Shown: positions 11,874 to 22,241 of the stretch, piece by piece | Layout of the letters: each line of letters opens with the position of its first letter | How positions within the stretch are numbered: position 1 is the stretch's first letter | Assembly: GCA_963702845.1 (NCBI GenBank) | Contig: OY969763.1 | Coordinates: forward strand, 2,432,001-2,496,000 | Reading direction: 5' to 3' | Source of the DNA: an uncultured Verrucomicrobiae bacterium | Lineage (GTDB): Bacteria > Verrucomicrobiota > Verrucomicrobiia > Limisphaerales > Palsa-1400 | Length of the DNA stretch: 64,000 bases | The notes under the pieces: generated by a model | Database searches by the model: none | What the model was told of the DNA's origin: nothing | What the model saw: the letters and a program-made list of their open reading frames with translations, nothing else | Position numbers and translations under genes: made by a program

Positions 11874-12986
11874 TTACTCGGCGTTTAGCAACAGCAGGTC
11901 GTTACGTTTGGCCTGGATGTTTTCCAATCTTTTGTCGCCGCGCAGGACATGGCGGAAGGCGATAGGGAAGGTCTCGGTTTCGTAGTTGAAATCTTCTGAT
12001 GCCTGCACCTGGATGTGGACATGCGGCATGGTGGTGTTGCCGGAATTACCGCATTGAGCAATAGGTTGGCCGAGTTTTACCTCGTCGCCGACTTTTACGG
12101 TGATGCTCTTGCGTTTGAGGTGAGCAATCAAAACGTAACGGTCGGGGGCCATCTCGATCGTCAGGTAGTTACCGGCGACGTGTTCTACGTCGGTTTGGCC
12201 TATTTTATTGTCGCGATGATTACGTTCCACGTGAGCAACACGACCGGAACATGGGCTGTAGACCGTTTCTCCGAATCCGGCATCGCTTTTCATGATCTTC
12301 CAATCGCGAACCTGCAGCACGTTGTCAGCGACTTTGAAGATGTCGAGAGCGTGGCGCTGAGATATTAAAGGGTAATGGTGGTTGATGATTGAATCGTTCC
12401 CGCCCTGGACCACACACATCACGCCTTTCATCGGCGAATCGAGCACAACTTTTTCTCCCGGAGCGGGAGAAGCGATTTGGCCGAAATGCCAAATCATGAA
12501 CGCAGCGCCGATCGCATACATCACCGTGAACGGAATTGAGATGCGGCTCGCCGGCATGAACGAAATAAGGATTTGTGGTGCAACCAGGCCCCACATGATC
12601 AATTTCATGAATGATTGTGGATAATCCGGAAATTGGCATCGGACAATGGCAATGCTCAGCAGATACCCGCAACTTGCGTAAAACGCCAAACGCGGCAGAG
12701 CGGCAAGCCAGTAACGGCCCGATTCGCGATCAAACGGTTTAATCAGTAATCCGAGATAAATTTTATGGCGCACAATACGCGAAACGAGAATCGCAGACAC
12801 CACAAACGCGGCCACAAACAACATAAAATAAATCATGTTCGTAAAAAAATCGCCGGTAGCGTATGCGCCATAACCGATACCGAGCATCAGTAGCGCGAAG
12901 ACCGTTTCTCCAACGTAAATAAGGATTTTCTTTGCCCTGCTATTGGTAGCGGTCTGTTGAGGGCTAACGACGGTTAGTGTTTCCAT
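11874..12986 (-). CDS. Membrane-anchored M23 family metallopeptidase
   Basis: About 5 TM helices, then NHHY...HALD, GNYL, IAHLK and GNSGNTTMPHVH (HxH). Confidence 0.85.
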   Translation of the reverse strand: METLTVVSPQQTATNSRAKKILIYVGETVFALLMLGIGYGAYATGDFFTNMIYFMLFVAAFVVSAILVSRIVRHKIYLGLLIKPFDRESGRYWLAALPRLAFYASCGYLLSIAIVRCQFPDYPQSFMKLIMWGLVAPQILISFMPASRISIPFTVMYAIGAAFMIWHFGQIASPAPGEKVVLDSPMKGVMCVVQGGNDSIINHHYPLISQRHALDIFKVADNVLQVRDWKIMKSDAGFGETVYSPCSGRVAHVERNHRDNKIGQTDVEHVAGNYLTIEMAPDRYVLIAHLKRKSITVKVGDEVKLGQPIAQCGNSGNTTMPHVHIQVQASEDFNYETETFPIAFRHVLRGDKRLENIQAKRNDLLLLNAE

Positions 12987-13120
12987 AAATTGTTCGCTGA
13001 ATGCGGCAATGAAGTTGTTTACTGAAGGGGAGGAATTCGGGAACTGAAACGGGATAAGACGATGGAGGGTGGGAGCAAAAAGTAATCAGTATTCAGTATG
13101 CAGTAAAAGCCACTGGATGT

Positions 13121-14425
13121 TCAATCAGCGTTGAGAATGTCGCCTTTGATCGGGGAGTAATTTGATTTTGGTTCGGAGCCGCCGGCAAGTGGGACTTTGT
13201 TGAATTTGCATTTGATGCCGAGTGCGTCCTGGAAAATGGCGGAATGTTGAAGCTGATAGTGAAGGTGAGGCTCGGATGAATTGCCGGAGTTGCCGCATTT
13301 GCCAAGCAATTGTCCGCGCTGGACGTGGTCGCCAGCTTTCACCACCAGGCTGCCGCGTTGGAAATGAGCGAGCATGGAGAACTCGTTCGTGCGGTGTTCG
13401 ATGACAATACAATTGCCGACCAGACAATACGAATTCATCGAACCCGGCGTGTTATCGCGCACGCCGTCAATCGCCTCGATTACCACGCCGTCTGCGGGGG
13501 CGAGTATTTCGCGCCCGAAACAAAAGTAATCTTCATTCTTCGAGGCATCGCCGCTGTGCGTTTCGCCTTTATCGTCCACACCAACGATATCGAAGGCGAA
13601 GTTCTGGGCAGGAATGCCGTGGTGATGATTCAATTCTTTGGTGTCGCCTCCCCAGACCACGAGCCATTTGCCTTTGAAAGGTAGCGAAAGCTCCGTGACG
13701 TGTTTTTTCGGCGCGGGTTTCGACGCTACGGCGTGCGGTTTGAAATAGAGTCCAGCAATTTTGTTTTCATCGTCGAGGGCGAGCGTCATGTCGAGCATGC
13801 CTTGCTCGCAATGGACAGGGAACACTGTCTCCTCCGCACCGCGTTTCGGCTGATCCAACTTCTGCAGTTTGCCGTACTGCGACGTTAATCCGGTAAAAAA
13901 CTCGGTTGATTTATCCAACGGCAACGCCTCGCTCATATCTTTGTTAAAAAGCTTTTCGACGCCGGAGTAATCCGCCGCATTGATCAACTCGATCAACTGC
14001 TTTGCAATCTTAGTGGAGGGATCCTCCTGCTTTTTCGACGCCGCTTTTGGCGATTCGGCACGCGGCTTGAAGTAGAGCCCTGAAATTTTGCCCTGGCGAT
14101 CGAGCGCAAGCGACATGTCCGTCAACCCGCGCTCGAAATGGGCCGGGAAAACCGTCCAACCGGCGCTGCGTTTCGGTTCGTCCAGCTTTTCGATTTTTCC
14201 CAGTTCCGCCGCCATTCCGGCAAAGAAGGCGGTCGATTTATTCAACGGCAAAGCAGCGCTCATCTGTTTGTCGAAGAGATCCTCGATGCCGGAATAATCC
14301 GATGCGTTTATCATCTCAACGAGACGGTTTGCGACAGTGGTGTAGGAATTGGTGTCCTGGGCAAAAATGTTGTGAGATAAAATGATGAAAACAAAGGCCA
14401 AGAATGTGGGAATAAATTTTTTCAT
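13121..14425 (-). CDS. Secreted M23 peptidase with two DUF3887-like repeats
   Basis: Signal peptide; two ~95-aa repeats (INASDYSGIEDLFDKQMSAALP / INAADYSGVEKLFNKDMSEALP ... GLYFKP); NHHH..FAFD and GNSGNSSEPHLH. Confidence 0.85.
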   Translation of the reverse strand: MKKFIPTFLAFVFIILSHNIFAQDTNSYTTVANRLVEMINASDYSGIEDLFDKQMSAALPLNKSTAFFAGMAAELGKIEKLDEPKRSAGWTVFPAHFERGLTDMSLALDRQGKISGLYFKPRAESPKAASKKQEDPSTKIAKQLIELINAADYSGVEKLFNKDMSEALPLDKSTEFFTGLTSQYGKLQKLDQPKRGAEETVFPVHCEQGMLDMTLALDDENKIAGLYFKPHAVASKPAPKKHVTELSLPFKGKWLVVWGGDTKELNHHHGIPAQNFAFDIVGVDDKGETHSGDASKNEDYFCFGREILAPADGVVIEAIDGVRDNTPGSMNSYCLVGNCIVIEHRTNEFSMLAHFQRGSLVVKAGDHVQRGQLLGKCGNSGNSSEPHLHYQLQHSAIFQDALGIKCKFNKVPLAGGSEPKSNYSPIKGDILNAD

Positions 14426-14473
14426 ATGTTTGTGTACGGCTGTAGGCGTCGCTTTCGAAACTCCGCCCTATAT

Positions 14474-14507
14474 TTGATTAGTCGCAGCGGAAGGGAACAT
14501 TATTACA
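14474..14507 (-). promoter_or_regulatory. Putative ECF-sigma promoter, copy 1
   Basis: Minus strand TGTAATAA-N15-CGACTAATCAA, about 50 nt upstream of the 14425 start; same boxes and spacing as the copy at 19105-19138. Confidence 0.75.
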
Positions 14508-14572
14508 CCGAGTGAAACTTTTTGACAGATCCCGGGCACGAACGAGAAATTTTAAGCTGCTATTCTCCATTT

Positions 14573-15376
14573 TTAATCTCCGCTCCATTGATATTCGAAC
14601 CCCGACGGTGGATCATACTGGCAGGCCATCGAGAAAATATAACCACCGTCCGGATCTGGGATCAGGTTCGTATTCCAGAACACTTTGAGGTAGCTGACAT
14701 GGCCGTCGACAAAACCGAAAATGTCTTTCGCGTTATTAAAAACTGCCAGGTCATGGCCGACCGGCAGAGGAGTTTTCGGTTGATGCCAGGAATATGGAAA
14801 AATGCCGGGACCTTCGAGGATCAATGCGGTCATAGCTGGTTTGCGGATGGAGGCAAGTGTTCGACCGCCGATACCGCGAAACGGGCCAAAGTCCCCGTTA
14901 GTGGAGGTATTTGTATACTGATTCAATCCGTTAAACACATAGCTGGAAAAGTCTGTCTCGGGTTGATCGTGGCGAGGTCGGGGAACGTATCCCCGTCCGA
15001 TTTCCAGGCGCATGTCGTAGCAAAACGTGTCAGCAGGACAAGCGAACAGTTTCTGACCCAACTGATTGGTGCCTTTGCCTCCAACGTAAGTTTGGATCAT
15101 TTCTTTGTAGCAATATGACAGCGGCAGGTTCGTATCATTCGCGTAAGCATTCGCCGCGCCGGTCCATGGCGACTTGTCTCTCGAGTCGTCAGCATACATG
15201 CGCAGCGCCGCGCTGAGTTGCTTGAGGTTGCCGGCACACGCAGTTCGCCTGGCGGCCTCCTTGGCCCTCGACAGAACTGGCAAAAGCAACGCAGCGAGAA
15301 CGGCGACGATCGCAATGACCACCAGCAATTCGATGAGCGTGAATGCCTTCGCTATCCTGGAAAAACTGTTGATCAC
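14573..15376 (-). CDS. Prepilin-type N-terminal cleavage/methylation protein (PVC H-X9-DG type)
   Basis: [42 protein letters not shown] and FGFVDGHV. Confidence 0.88.
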   Translation of the reverse strand: MINSFSRIAKAFTLIELLVVIAIVAVLAALLLPVLSRAKEAARRTACAGNLKQLSAALRMYADDSRDKSPWTGAANAYANDTNLPLSYCYKEMIQTYVGGKGTNQLGQKLFACPADTFCYDMRLEIGRGYVPRPRHDQPETDFSSYVFNGLNQYTNTSTNGDFGPFRGIGGRTLASIRKPAMTALILEGPGIFPYSWHQPKTPLPVGHDLAVFNNAKDIFGFVDGHVSYLKVFWNTNLIPDPDGGYIFSMACQYDPPSGFEYQWSGD

Positions 15377-16794
15377 TGGTGTTTGGGCGGAGTGATCTTC
15401 TTTGCCTTTTGGTTTTTTCCTTCATCGATAAAGAGCAATTGTGTTGTTTCGCCAGCCGCATTCGTCACGAAATGAATTTGTTCGTCCATCGCGGTATAAA
15501 AAAAATCTGTCTTCGACTCAGGAAAGATTTCGTAAGGGCATTCCATCTTCCCGCTTCGCTGGGCGACGAGATGATCACCGTTGCGCGTGATGGTCAGCCG
15601 TTCGGACCAACCCAGCTTGTATTCCCCAACATAGTGGTCGTAAATCGCTGGATCTATCGAAACGGCCTTCCGCTGCTGAGGTGCCGTAAATTTGTGCAGC
15701 GTACTGTAATCCGGATTCAGGATTCGGTCGCAGATGTCGTCCACATCGTTTGCTTCGTTCGCCAATACAATCACGCCGCATTTCTTCGACGCATCAAACT
15801 CAATGACCGTGCGAAAGCCGCCGCCCATGCCGCCATTTTGCTCGATAACATCATCCGACTCAGGTGCGACCAAGCGCCACCAACCGAGTCCAATCTTTAG
15901 CGCAAAAACCCCAAGAAACGAATGCACAGTTTTTCGTGCTGTCTGTGTCTGTGCCATCGACGCACAAAGCTGTTCCGGGCCATGCCCCATTTCTGCGGAA
16001 AGGAATTTGACCATGTCGTTCACGCTCGAATGAAGCCTGCAACCTTGCCATGTAAGAAAACCCCAATTCTTCGCGGGCGGACCAACAACGCTGTAACCAG
16101 TCGCCAGACGCGCTTTCATCTCGGCGGTAAGGACGACGCGCGTGTTCGTCATGCCCAGCGGTTCGCAGATGCGACTGATGACCAGCGCCTCATAATTAGT
16201 CCCCGCCCTCAGCGCCAAAATGTGACCAAGCAATCCCATCCCAAAATTTGAGAAATCAACTTCCCATCCTTTCACGTGGCTCAACTTGGCCTTCCCCAAC
16301 CCCTCATACATCTGTTCCACCGTGTAATCTGCCCACGGGTCATCTCCGTCTTTCGGCGCCATCTTGTCTGGGGTCGACGGCAGCCCCGACGTTTGCATGG
16401 CGAGGTCCAGCAGTGTTATTTCGCGATTGCCCTCCTTCGGCGTTTTCACCGAGGCGGGCAAATATTTGGAAATGGGATCGTCCAATTTCACTTCGCCGCG
16501 ATCCACCATGTCCTGGAGCAGCGCCGTGGTGAAAACTTTGGTGATCGACCTGATCTCAAACAGCGTATCGCCATCGATCAGGTTCGTTTTATCCCGCTCG
16601 CAGACGCCATGCACATAGACATTCGTCCCGCTCTCATCAATGATGCCAATCGCCATCCCCGGCGCGCGTTTCTGTTCGTCAACAACGTGAACCAGGAGCT
16701 TTTTAATTTCCTCCGGCTTCCTTCCAGCCGCAGAGGACGAGATAACACTCGCTGCCAACAAAATCGGCAGTGTTCGTAAAAATCGGTTTCGCAT
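15373..16794 (-). CDS. Beta-lactamase-family serine hydrolase with DUF3471-like C-terminal domain; degenerate motifs
   Basis: Signal peptide, SITK (SxxK), [15 protein letters not shown] and EPLGM; C-terminal YDHYVGEY...[10 protein letters not shown]. Confidence 0.82.
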   Translation of the reverse strand: MRNRFLRTLPILLAASVISSSAAGRKPEEIKKLLVHVVDEQKRAPGMAIGIIDESGTNVYVHGVCERDKTNLIDGDTLFEIRSITKVFTTALLQDMVDRGEVKLDDPISKYLPASVKTPKEGNREITLLDLAMQTSGLPSTPDKMAPKDGDDPWADYTVEQMYEGLGKAKLSHVKGWEVDFSNFGMGLLGHILALRAGTNYEALVISRICEPLGMTNTRVVLTAEMKARLATGYSVVGPPAKNWGFLTWQGCRLHSSVNDMVKFLSAEMGHGPEQLCASMAQTQTARKTVHSFLGVFALKIGLGWWRLVAPESDDVIEQNGGMGGGFRTVIEFDASKKCGVIVLANEANDVDDICDRILNPDYSTLHKFTAPQQRKAVSIDPAIYDHYVGEYKLGWSERLTITRNGDHLVAQRSGKMECPYEIFPESKTDFFYTAMDEQIHFVTNAAGETTQLLFIDEGKNQKAKKITPPKHQ

Positions 16795-16861
16795 GGGTAT
16801 GGGTTATGTCTCTTGTGCAACTACGCAAAATACGGCGATTTTGATGGGCAAGATTTCCCGC

Positions 16862-18577
16862 TCAGTCGGCTTCGCGCAGTAACAAATCGTTTCGTTTCGC
16901 TTCGACGTTTTCCAATTCCTTGCTGCCGCGCAGGACGTGGCGGAAGGCGATGGGGAAAGTTTCGCAGTCGTAATTGAAATCAGGCGTAGACTGGACCTGG
17001 ATGTGGACGTGCGGACCGCTGGTATTGCCGGAGTTGCCGCATTGGGCGATGGGATCCCCTGCTTTTACTTCGTCGCCGACTTTGACTGTCGGGCTGTTCT
17101 GTTTCAGGTGGGCGAGCAGGACGTATCGGTCTTTTGCGACTTCGATGCTGATATAGTTTCCGGCGACATTTCCTATATCGGTCTGTCCTACTTTGTTATC
17201 GCGATGGTTACGCTCAACGTGGGCGACGCGGCCCGAGCATGGGCTGTAGATGGTTTGCCCGAAGCCAGCGTCATCTTTCATGATCTTCCAATCGCGAACT
17301 TGCTGCACGTTTTCGGCAACTTTGAAGATGTCGAGAGCGTAGCGTTGCGATTCCAATGGGTAGTGATTGTTGATGATCGGGTCGTTTCCACCGTGAATAA
17401 CACACATCACGCCCTTCATCGGTGAATCGAGCGCAATTTTTTCGCCCGGAGCGGGTGTGGCGATCTGAATGAAATGCCAAACCATGAACGCCGTGCCGAT
17501 GGAATAAAGCGCTGTGAACGGAATGGAGATGCGACGCGCGGGCATGAACGCGAGAACCAGTTGCAATGCGGCCATGCTCCCGGTGAAGATTTTCATGAAC
17601 GCTGCGGGATGATCGGGGAATTGGCACGGAGCAATAGCAATGCTCAGCAAATATCCGCAGCTTGCGAAGAAAGCCATGCACGGTAGAGACGTGATCCAGT
17701 AGCGCAAAGATTCACGACCAAACGGCTTCGTCAGCAATCCGAAATAGATTTTTCCCAACACTGCACGCGCTACGAAGATCGCCGGCATGACAAACGATGC
17801 GAGAAGCAATAGAACGTAGACGACGTTCATAAACATGCCCAGGGCGTAGGCACCGTAGCCAAGACCGAGCAAAAGGAGCGCAAGCAGCGTTTCTCCGGTG
17901 TTAAGCAATATTGTTTTTGTTCGTGTCGTCGTGGCGGCCTGTTGAGCAGAAATGATGGTTTGGGTTTCCATAAATTGTTGGTTAAGCGGTTCGCCGGTTT
18001 CGGCGGAATGGAGTAGGGCTTCCAATTGTGCTTCCGCAGGCAGCAATTGTTTCCTTCGCCCCCATTGATTCAGCCAGTAGACAAACACGTAAATGATGAC
18101 GATCACCACAGTGAATGTGATCTTGAAATCTTTCTCGGAGCCTTGATCTCCCCAGACCGAGAGCATTAGACCGGTGCCGATCGGAAGCAAATACCACCAT
18201 AGAACGGAGCGCAATAACCGTGATTGGGTACGGACGGAGTGCAACTCGGCATGCAAGGCTTCAACAGTTGTAGCATCGGGTTTCGCAGGCGGAGTGGTTC
18301 GGCGTGCGTGAATAAATTTCCAACCGATGAATATTGCACTGCCCATCACGACCAGATCGCCAAGGCGCGAAATGAAGGACTCAGTCTTGTCGAAGAAAAC
18401 CCCGAAGAAGACCAGGATAAACGCGCAACCGACCAACTCACGCGCGTCGCGCACGAGCAATTTTCGGCGTAGGTCGCTCATTTTATTGCGCATCGCTGAG
18501 ACGAGTTGCGGCGCGGAAACAGCGGGGGCGGCGACCGGTTGCTGTTGCCACAAATCTTTTAACTCCTGATCATTCAT
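16862..18577 (-). CDS. Putative anti-sigma membrane domain fused to a membrane-anchored M23 peptidase
   Basis: Overlaps the sigma-factor stop. MNDQELKDLWQQQ plus about 4 TM helices, then a paralogue of 11874..12986 ending GNSGNTSGPHVH. Confidence 0.75.
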   Translation of the reverse strand: MNDQELKDLWQQQPVAAPAVSAPQLVSAMRNKMSDLRRKLLVRDARELVGCAFILVFFGVFFDKTESFISRLGDLVVMGSAIFIGWKFIHARRTTPPAKPDATTVEALHAELHSVRTQSRLLRSVLWWYLLPIGTGLMLSVWGDQGSEKDFKITFTVVIVIIYVFVYWLNQWGRRKQLLPAEAQLEALLHSAETGEPLNQQFMETQTIISAQQAATTTRTKTILLNTGETLLALLLLGLGYGAYALGMFMNVVYVLLLLASFVMPAIFVARAVLGKIYFGLLTKPFGRESLRYWITSLPCMAFFASCGYLLSIAIAPCQFPDHPAAFMKIFTGSMAALQLVLAFMPARRISIPFTALYSIGTAFMVWHFIQIATPAPGEKIALDSPMKGVMCVIHGGNDPIINNHYPLESQRYALDIFKVAENVQQVRDWKIMKDDAGFGQTIYSPCSGRVAHVERNHRDNKVGQTDIGNVAGNYISIEVAKDRYVLLAHLKQNSPTVKVGDEVKAGDPIAQCGNSGNTSGPHVHIQVQSTPDFNYDCETFPIAFRHVLRGSKELENVEAKRNDLLLREAD

Positions 18578-19091
18578 GGACGGCCTCCTTCATCAGGCAG
18601 GAAAGTTTCGTTTTTGCGCGATGCAAAATGACGCCGACATTGCTCGTGGTGATGCCCATCACCTCTGCCATTTGGTCATAGCTGAAATCTTCGAGGAACA
18701 ATGTGATCAATGCTTTTTCGAGTTCGTTCAGTTTGGCGATGGCAGCATAGAGATTGGCGAGTCGGTCATTGGTCGGTTCAGCGGTTTGGCGCGATTCGAT
18801 AGTGCGGGCGAGTTCGGCGTGTTCAACGTGCACGACCTTGTCAGCGCGCGAGGCGCGTTTGCGAACAAAGGTGATAGAGGTGTTGATGGCCACGCGATAA
18901 AGCCAGGTATTGGCGAATTGTTTCTCTTTTAGGGCCGGCAAACCGCGCCAGATTTGGAACAGGATTTCCTGATATAAATCGTCCTGGTCGGCGGAGTTCC
19001 ACGCGTAAACACGGCAGACCTTGAGAATCCGGTTTCGGTTCTCGTTCACCAGTTCCAGGAACTGTTGGTCGTCAGGCTGCGTTCGTTTCAA
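18570..19091 (-). CDS. ECF-family RNA polymerase sigma-70 factor
   Basis: 173 aa; DDLYQEI...W, TWLYRVAIN (region 2); FSYDQMAEVMGITTSNVGVILHRAK (region 4). Confidence 0.93.
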   Translation of the reverse strand: MKRTQPDDQQFLELVNENRNRILKVCRVYAWNSADQDDLYQEILFQIWRGLPALKEKQFANTWLYRVAINTSITFVRKRASRADKVVHVEHAELARTIESRQTAEPTNDRLANLYAAIAKLNELEKALITLFLEDFSYDQMAEVMGITTSNVGVILHRAKTKLSCLMKEAVHE

Positions 19092-19104
19092 TTCGGCCCT
19101 TTAA

Positions 19105-19138
19105 TTGATTAGTCGATGGCTACGTTCCATTTATTACA
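19105..19138 (-). promoter_or_regulatory. Putative autoregulatory ECF-sigma promoter, copy 2
   Basis: Minus strand TGTAATAA-N15-CGACTAATCAA directly upstream of the sigma gene start at 19091. Confidence 0.78.
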
Positions 19139-19274
19139 AGAAAAACGATAATCTTCGAGCACTGGTGCGTTGGCCCGTTGAATCCGGGTGCGCATATTTT
19201 AAAAGTTAGAATTACGCAGACTGACACGTGTCACTCTTTACCTGCCCAGCACTCTCCCCTATTCTGAGGATGTC

Positions 19275-22100
19275 ATGCCGACATTGCTTGAGAAGATTGA
19301 AGCCAGCGCCGCCGAACGTCTCGTTCTGCCGGCTAACCGCATGCCTTCTCAGGAATTGGCGCGTTACAAAACCTTTCTCAAGGTCGAAACGCATCGAGTC
19401 AAAATGCTTCATCGTGCCGGTGCCAGTGGCCTTGAAGTGTGTCATGCTCGGTCCGCGATTTTGGATTTATTGTTGCGACACATTGTTGAAGGCGTTTTGG
19501 CTAATTCTCCAGAGCTGGCACAGAAGCCATTAAATTTTACGGGATCAACGGCCGACCAGGCAAAACAACGGGCCCGCTCTCCAGTGCCGACTTTTACTTT
19601 GGTTGCCACCGGCGGATATGGTCGGGCCGAACTCAATCCGTGCAGCGACATCGACATCATGTTCCTGCACGACTCTGAATTGGCGCTGCACCCGAAAGCG
19701 AACCCGGCGCTTTCTGCGCTCGTGGATGGATTGCTTTATACGCTGTGGGACCTGGGCTTCAAGGTCGGGCATTCGGTGCGCACGGTGGAAGATTGTGTCA
19801 AGGTCGCCAGCAAAGACATCCAATCGAAAACGAGTTTGCTCGAAACGCGCCGCATCATGGGCGACGAAAAGTTGTTCGATCGATTTCATCGCACGCTTTT
19901 GGCGAAGTGCGTTTTGGGGCAGGAATCTGAATACATCAACGCACGCGTGCAGGATCAAGCCGCGCGACGCGCCAAGTTCGGCAATTCACCGTTCATGCAG
20001 GAGCCGAATATCAAGAACGGCTGCGGCGGACTTCGCGATTACCAGAACCTGATCTGGATGACGTATTTTAAATACCGAACCAGCTCGCTTGAGGAGTTGC
20101 AGCAGAAGGAGATGATCAGCGAGTCGGAGCGCAAGCAACTCGAGGCCGCTTATGATTTCCTTCTGCGCGCGCGAACCGAGTTACATTATCACTCCGATCG
20201 CGCGGCGGATGCGTTGAACAAAGCGGCCCAGGCGCCGGTTGCATATGAACTTGGCTACAAAGAGCGGTCCCCGAGCAAGCGCGTGGAGGAGTTCATGCGC
20301 GATTATTACACGCATGCGCGCAATATCGATTTGATCACGCGCACGGTGGAGCAACGCCTGGCGTTCCTGCCGAAAACCGGTTTCATCCCATCTTTCGGGG
20401 CAATCTTCCGCTCGCAAGCTGAGCGTATGCGCCGGCATGTGGTCGATGGATTTAAGTGTGTCGATGGTGAAATTCATTTTCTCTCTCGCAACATCTTTCG
20501 CGATAACCCGCGTCGCATGATGCGAGTCTTTCTGCACGCGCAACAACGCGGGTTGAAGCTAAATGCGGACCTCGCGCAATTAATCCGCAGTCAGCTCTCA
20601 CTCGTGAACAACGAGTTCTTACGCGATCCGCATGTGCGCGAAACGTTTCTGGAAATCCTGGACCAACGCGGCAACGTTGCGCCTATTTTACGGGCGATGC
20701 ATGAAGTCGGAGTGCTTGGAAAATTCATTCCTGAATTCGGCAAGCTGACGTGTTTGGTCCAACACGAGTTTTATCATCAATACACCGCCGACGAACATAC
20801 TTTGGTGTGTCTGGAAAAACTGGACCAGGTTTGGAATGCGAAGACGCCGCCGTTCAGTTCCTATGCGGAACTTTTTCCGCAAGTTGAGCATCCGCACGTG
20901 TTGTATCTCGCGCTCTTGTTGCACGATTCCGGCAAAGCCCTCGACACCGGCAAGCACGAAGACGCCAGCGCTAAGCTGGCCGAAAAAGCCGCCGCGCGGC
21001 TCGGGCTTGACGGAGCAAAGACCCACATCTTGCGTCTGTTGATCGAGAGCCATTTAATCATGGTGCAAATTTCGCAGCGCCGCGATCTCGATGATCCAAC
21101 TGTCATCCGAAATTTTGCGCGGCAAATTCAATCGGTCGAAAATCTCGTCATGCTGACGTTGCACACTTTTGCTGATTCGATGGGCACGAGCGACCAGCTT
21201 TGGAATGGGTTCAAGGACGCAGCGATGTGGCAACTCTATCGCAAGACGCGCGATGCGCTGAGCGGCGCACCGGAATTTTTGATCGCTGAGGCGCGTCAAC
21301 GCGATCTGCTCTCGGAAGAAGTCGAGCGAATGGCCCCTGACACGTTCGACACGGACGAAATTGCGGCGCACTTCGATAACCTGCCGACGCGCTATTTCCA
21401 GATTAATGACGCGAAAGAAATTTTGCGCGACATCACGCATGTTCACCGCTTTTTGCACGTGCAAATGGCCGACGATGAATCGAACGCGTTAGCGCCTGTC
21501 ATCGCCTGGCACAATGAGCCGGATCGCGGTTATAGCACTGTTACTGTGACTAGTTGGGACCGCGAAGGTCTGTTCAGCAAGATTACCGGGTGTCTCACAG
21601 CCGCTGGGTTGAATATTTTCCACGCGGAAATTTTGACGCGGAACGACGGCATCATTCTCGATTCGTTCAGCGTCAACGACGCGCGGACCGGGTTGCTCCC
21701 GAATAAAGACGGCCGCGATAAGTTTGAGTCGATCATGCACAAAGTCCTGGTCGGCACCCACGTCGATTTACCGGGCGTTATTTCGAAAACGAAAGCGGCG
21801 CCACCAACCTACAAATCGTTAGAAGGCGAACGGATTCCCACTTCAGTCACTTTCGACAATGAACTTTCGGAAACGCGCACGATTATTGATATCGAGGCTG
21901 AAGATCGCATCGGATTGCTTTACGATATTTCGCGCGCCTTGAACGATTTGAATCTCGACGTTTCGATTGCAAAAATTTTGACCGAAAAAGGCGCCGCCTC
22001 CGACACGTTCTACGTGACGGAATGGGATAAGACGAAGATCACGCAGGCTGACCGGCTGCGGCATGTCGAACACCGGTTGCGCTCGGCCATCGGGCGATAA
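19275..22100 (+). CDS. glnD: [Protein-PII] uridylyltransferase/uridylyl-removing enzyme
   Basis: ATGGYGRAELNPCSDID, EPNIKNGCGGLRD, QHEFYHQYTADEH, LLHDSGK and two ACT domains (DREGLF, DRIGLL); 941 aa. Confidence 0.96.
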   Translation: MPTLLEKIEASAAERLVLPANRMPSQELARYKTFLKVETHRVKMLHRAGASGLEVCHARSAILDLLLRHIVEGVLANSPELAQKPLNFTGSTADQAKQRARSPVPTFTLVATGGYGRAELNPCSDIDIMFLHDSELALHPKANPALSALVDGLLYTLWDLGFKVGHSVRTVEDCVKVASKDIQSKTSLLETRRIMGDEKLFDRFHRTLLAKCVLGQESEYINARVQDQAARRAKFGNSPFMQEPNIKNGCGGLRDYQNLIWMTYFKYRTSSLEELQQKEMISESERKQLEAAYDFLLRARTELHYHSDRAADALNKAAQAPVAYELGYKERSPSKRVEEFMRDYYTHARNIDLITRTVEQRLAFLPKTGFIPSFGAIFRSQAERMRRHVVDGFKCVDGEIHFLSRNIFRDNPRRMMRVFLHAQQRGLKLNADLAQLIRSQLSLVNNEFLRDPHVRETFLEILDQRGNVAPILRAMHEVGVLGKFIPEFGKLTCLVQHEFYHQYTADEHTLVCLEKLDQVWNAKTPPFSSYAELFPQVEHPHVLYLALLLHDSGKALDTGKHEDASAKLAEKAAARLGLDGAKTHILRLLIESHLIMVQISQRRDLDDPTVIRNFARQIQSVENLVMLTLHTFADSMGTSDQLWNGFKDAAMWQLYRKTRDALSGAPEFLIAEARQRDLLSEEVERMAPDTFDTDEIAAHFDNLPTRYFQINDAKEILRDITHVHRFLHVQMADDESNALAPVIAWHNEPDRGYSTVTVTSWDREGLFSKITGCLTAAGLNIFHAEILTRNDGIILDSFSVNDARTGLLPNKDGRDKFESIMHKVLVGTHVDLPGVISKTKAAPPTYKSLEGERIPTSVTFDNELSETRTIIDIEAEDRIGLLYDISRALNDLNLDVSIAKILTEKGAASDTFYVTEWDKTKITQADRLRHVEHRLRSAIGR

Positions 22101-22131
22101 GCGACACTGCCGCGCTCTACTCACGTCGGTA

Positions 22132-22152
22132 TGGTCACTAGGTTAGTGACCA
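22132..22152. promoter_or_regulatory. Perfect inverted repeat upstream of the HtrA gene
   Basis: TGGTCACTA-GGT-TAGTGACCA (9-bp arms) between glnD and the protease gene. Confidence 0.4.
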
Positions 22153-22241
22153 CCCTGCCCTGATTGTCGGGTTGGGGTGTTGTGCCCATTTCAAATCAGA
22201 ATGGGCGACGTAATATTCCAGTGCATTTGCAAAGGAGTATT

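Noticed and set aside
19500..19590. Possible insertion in GlnD before the nucleotidyltransferase motif
   Set aside because: Short, in a variable linker, with no intein or repeat features.
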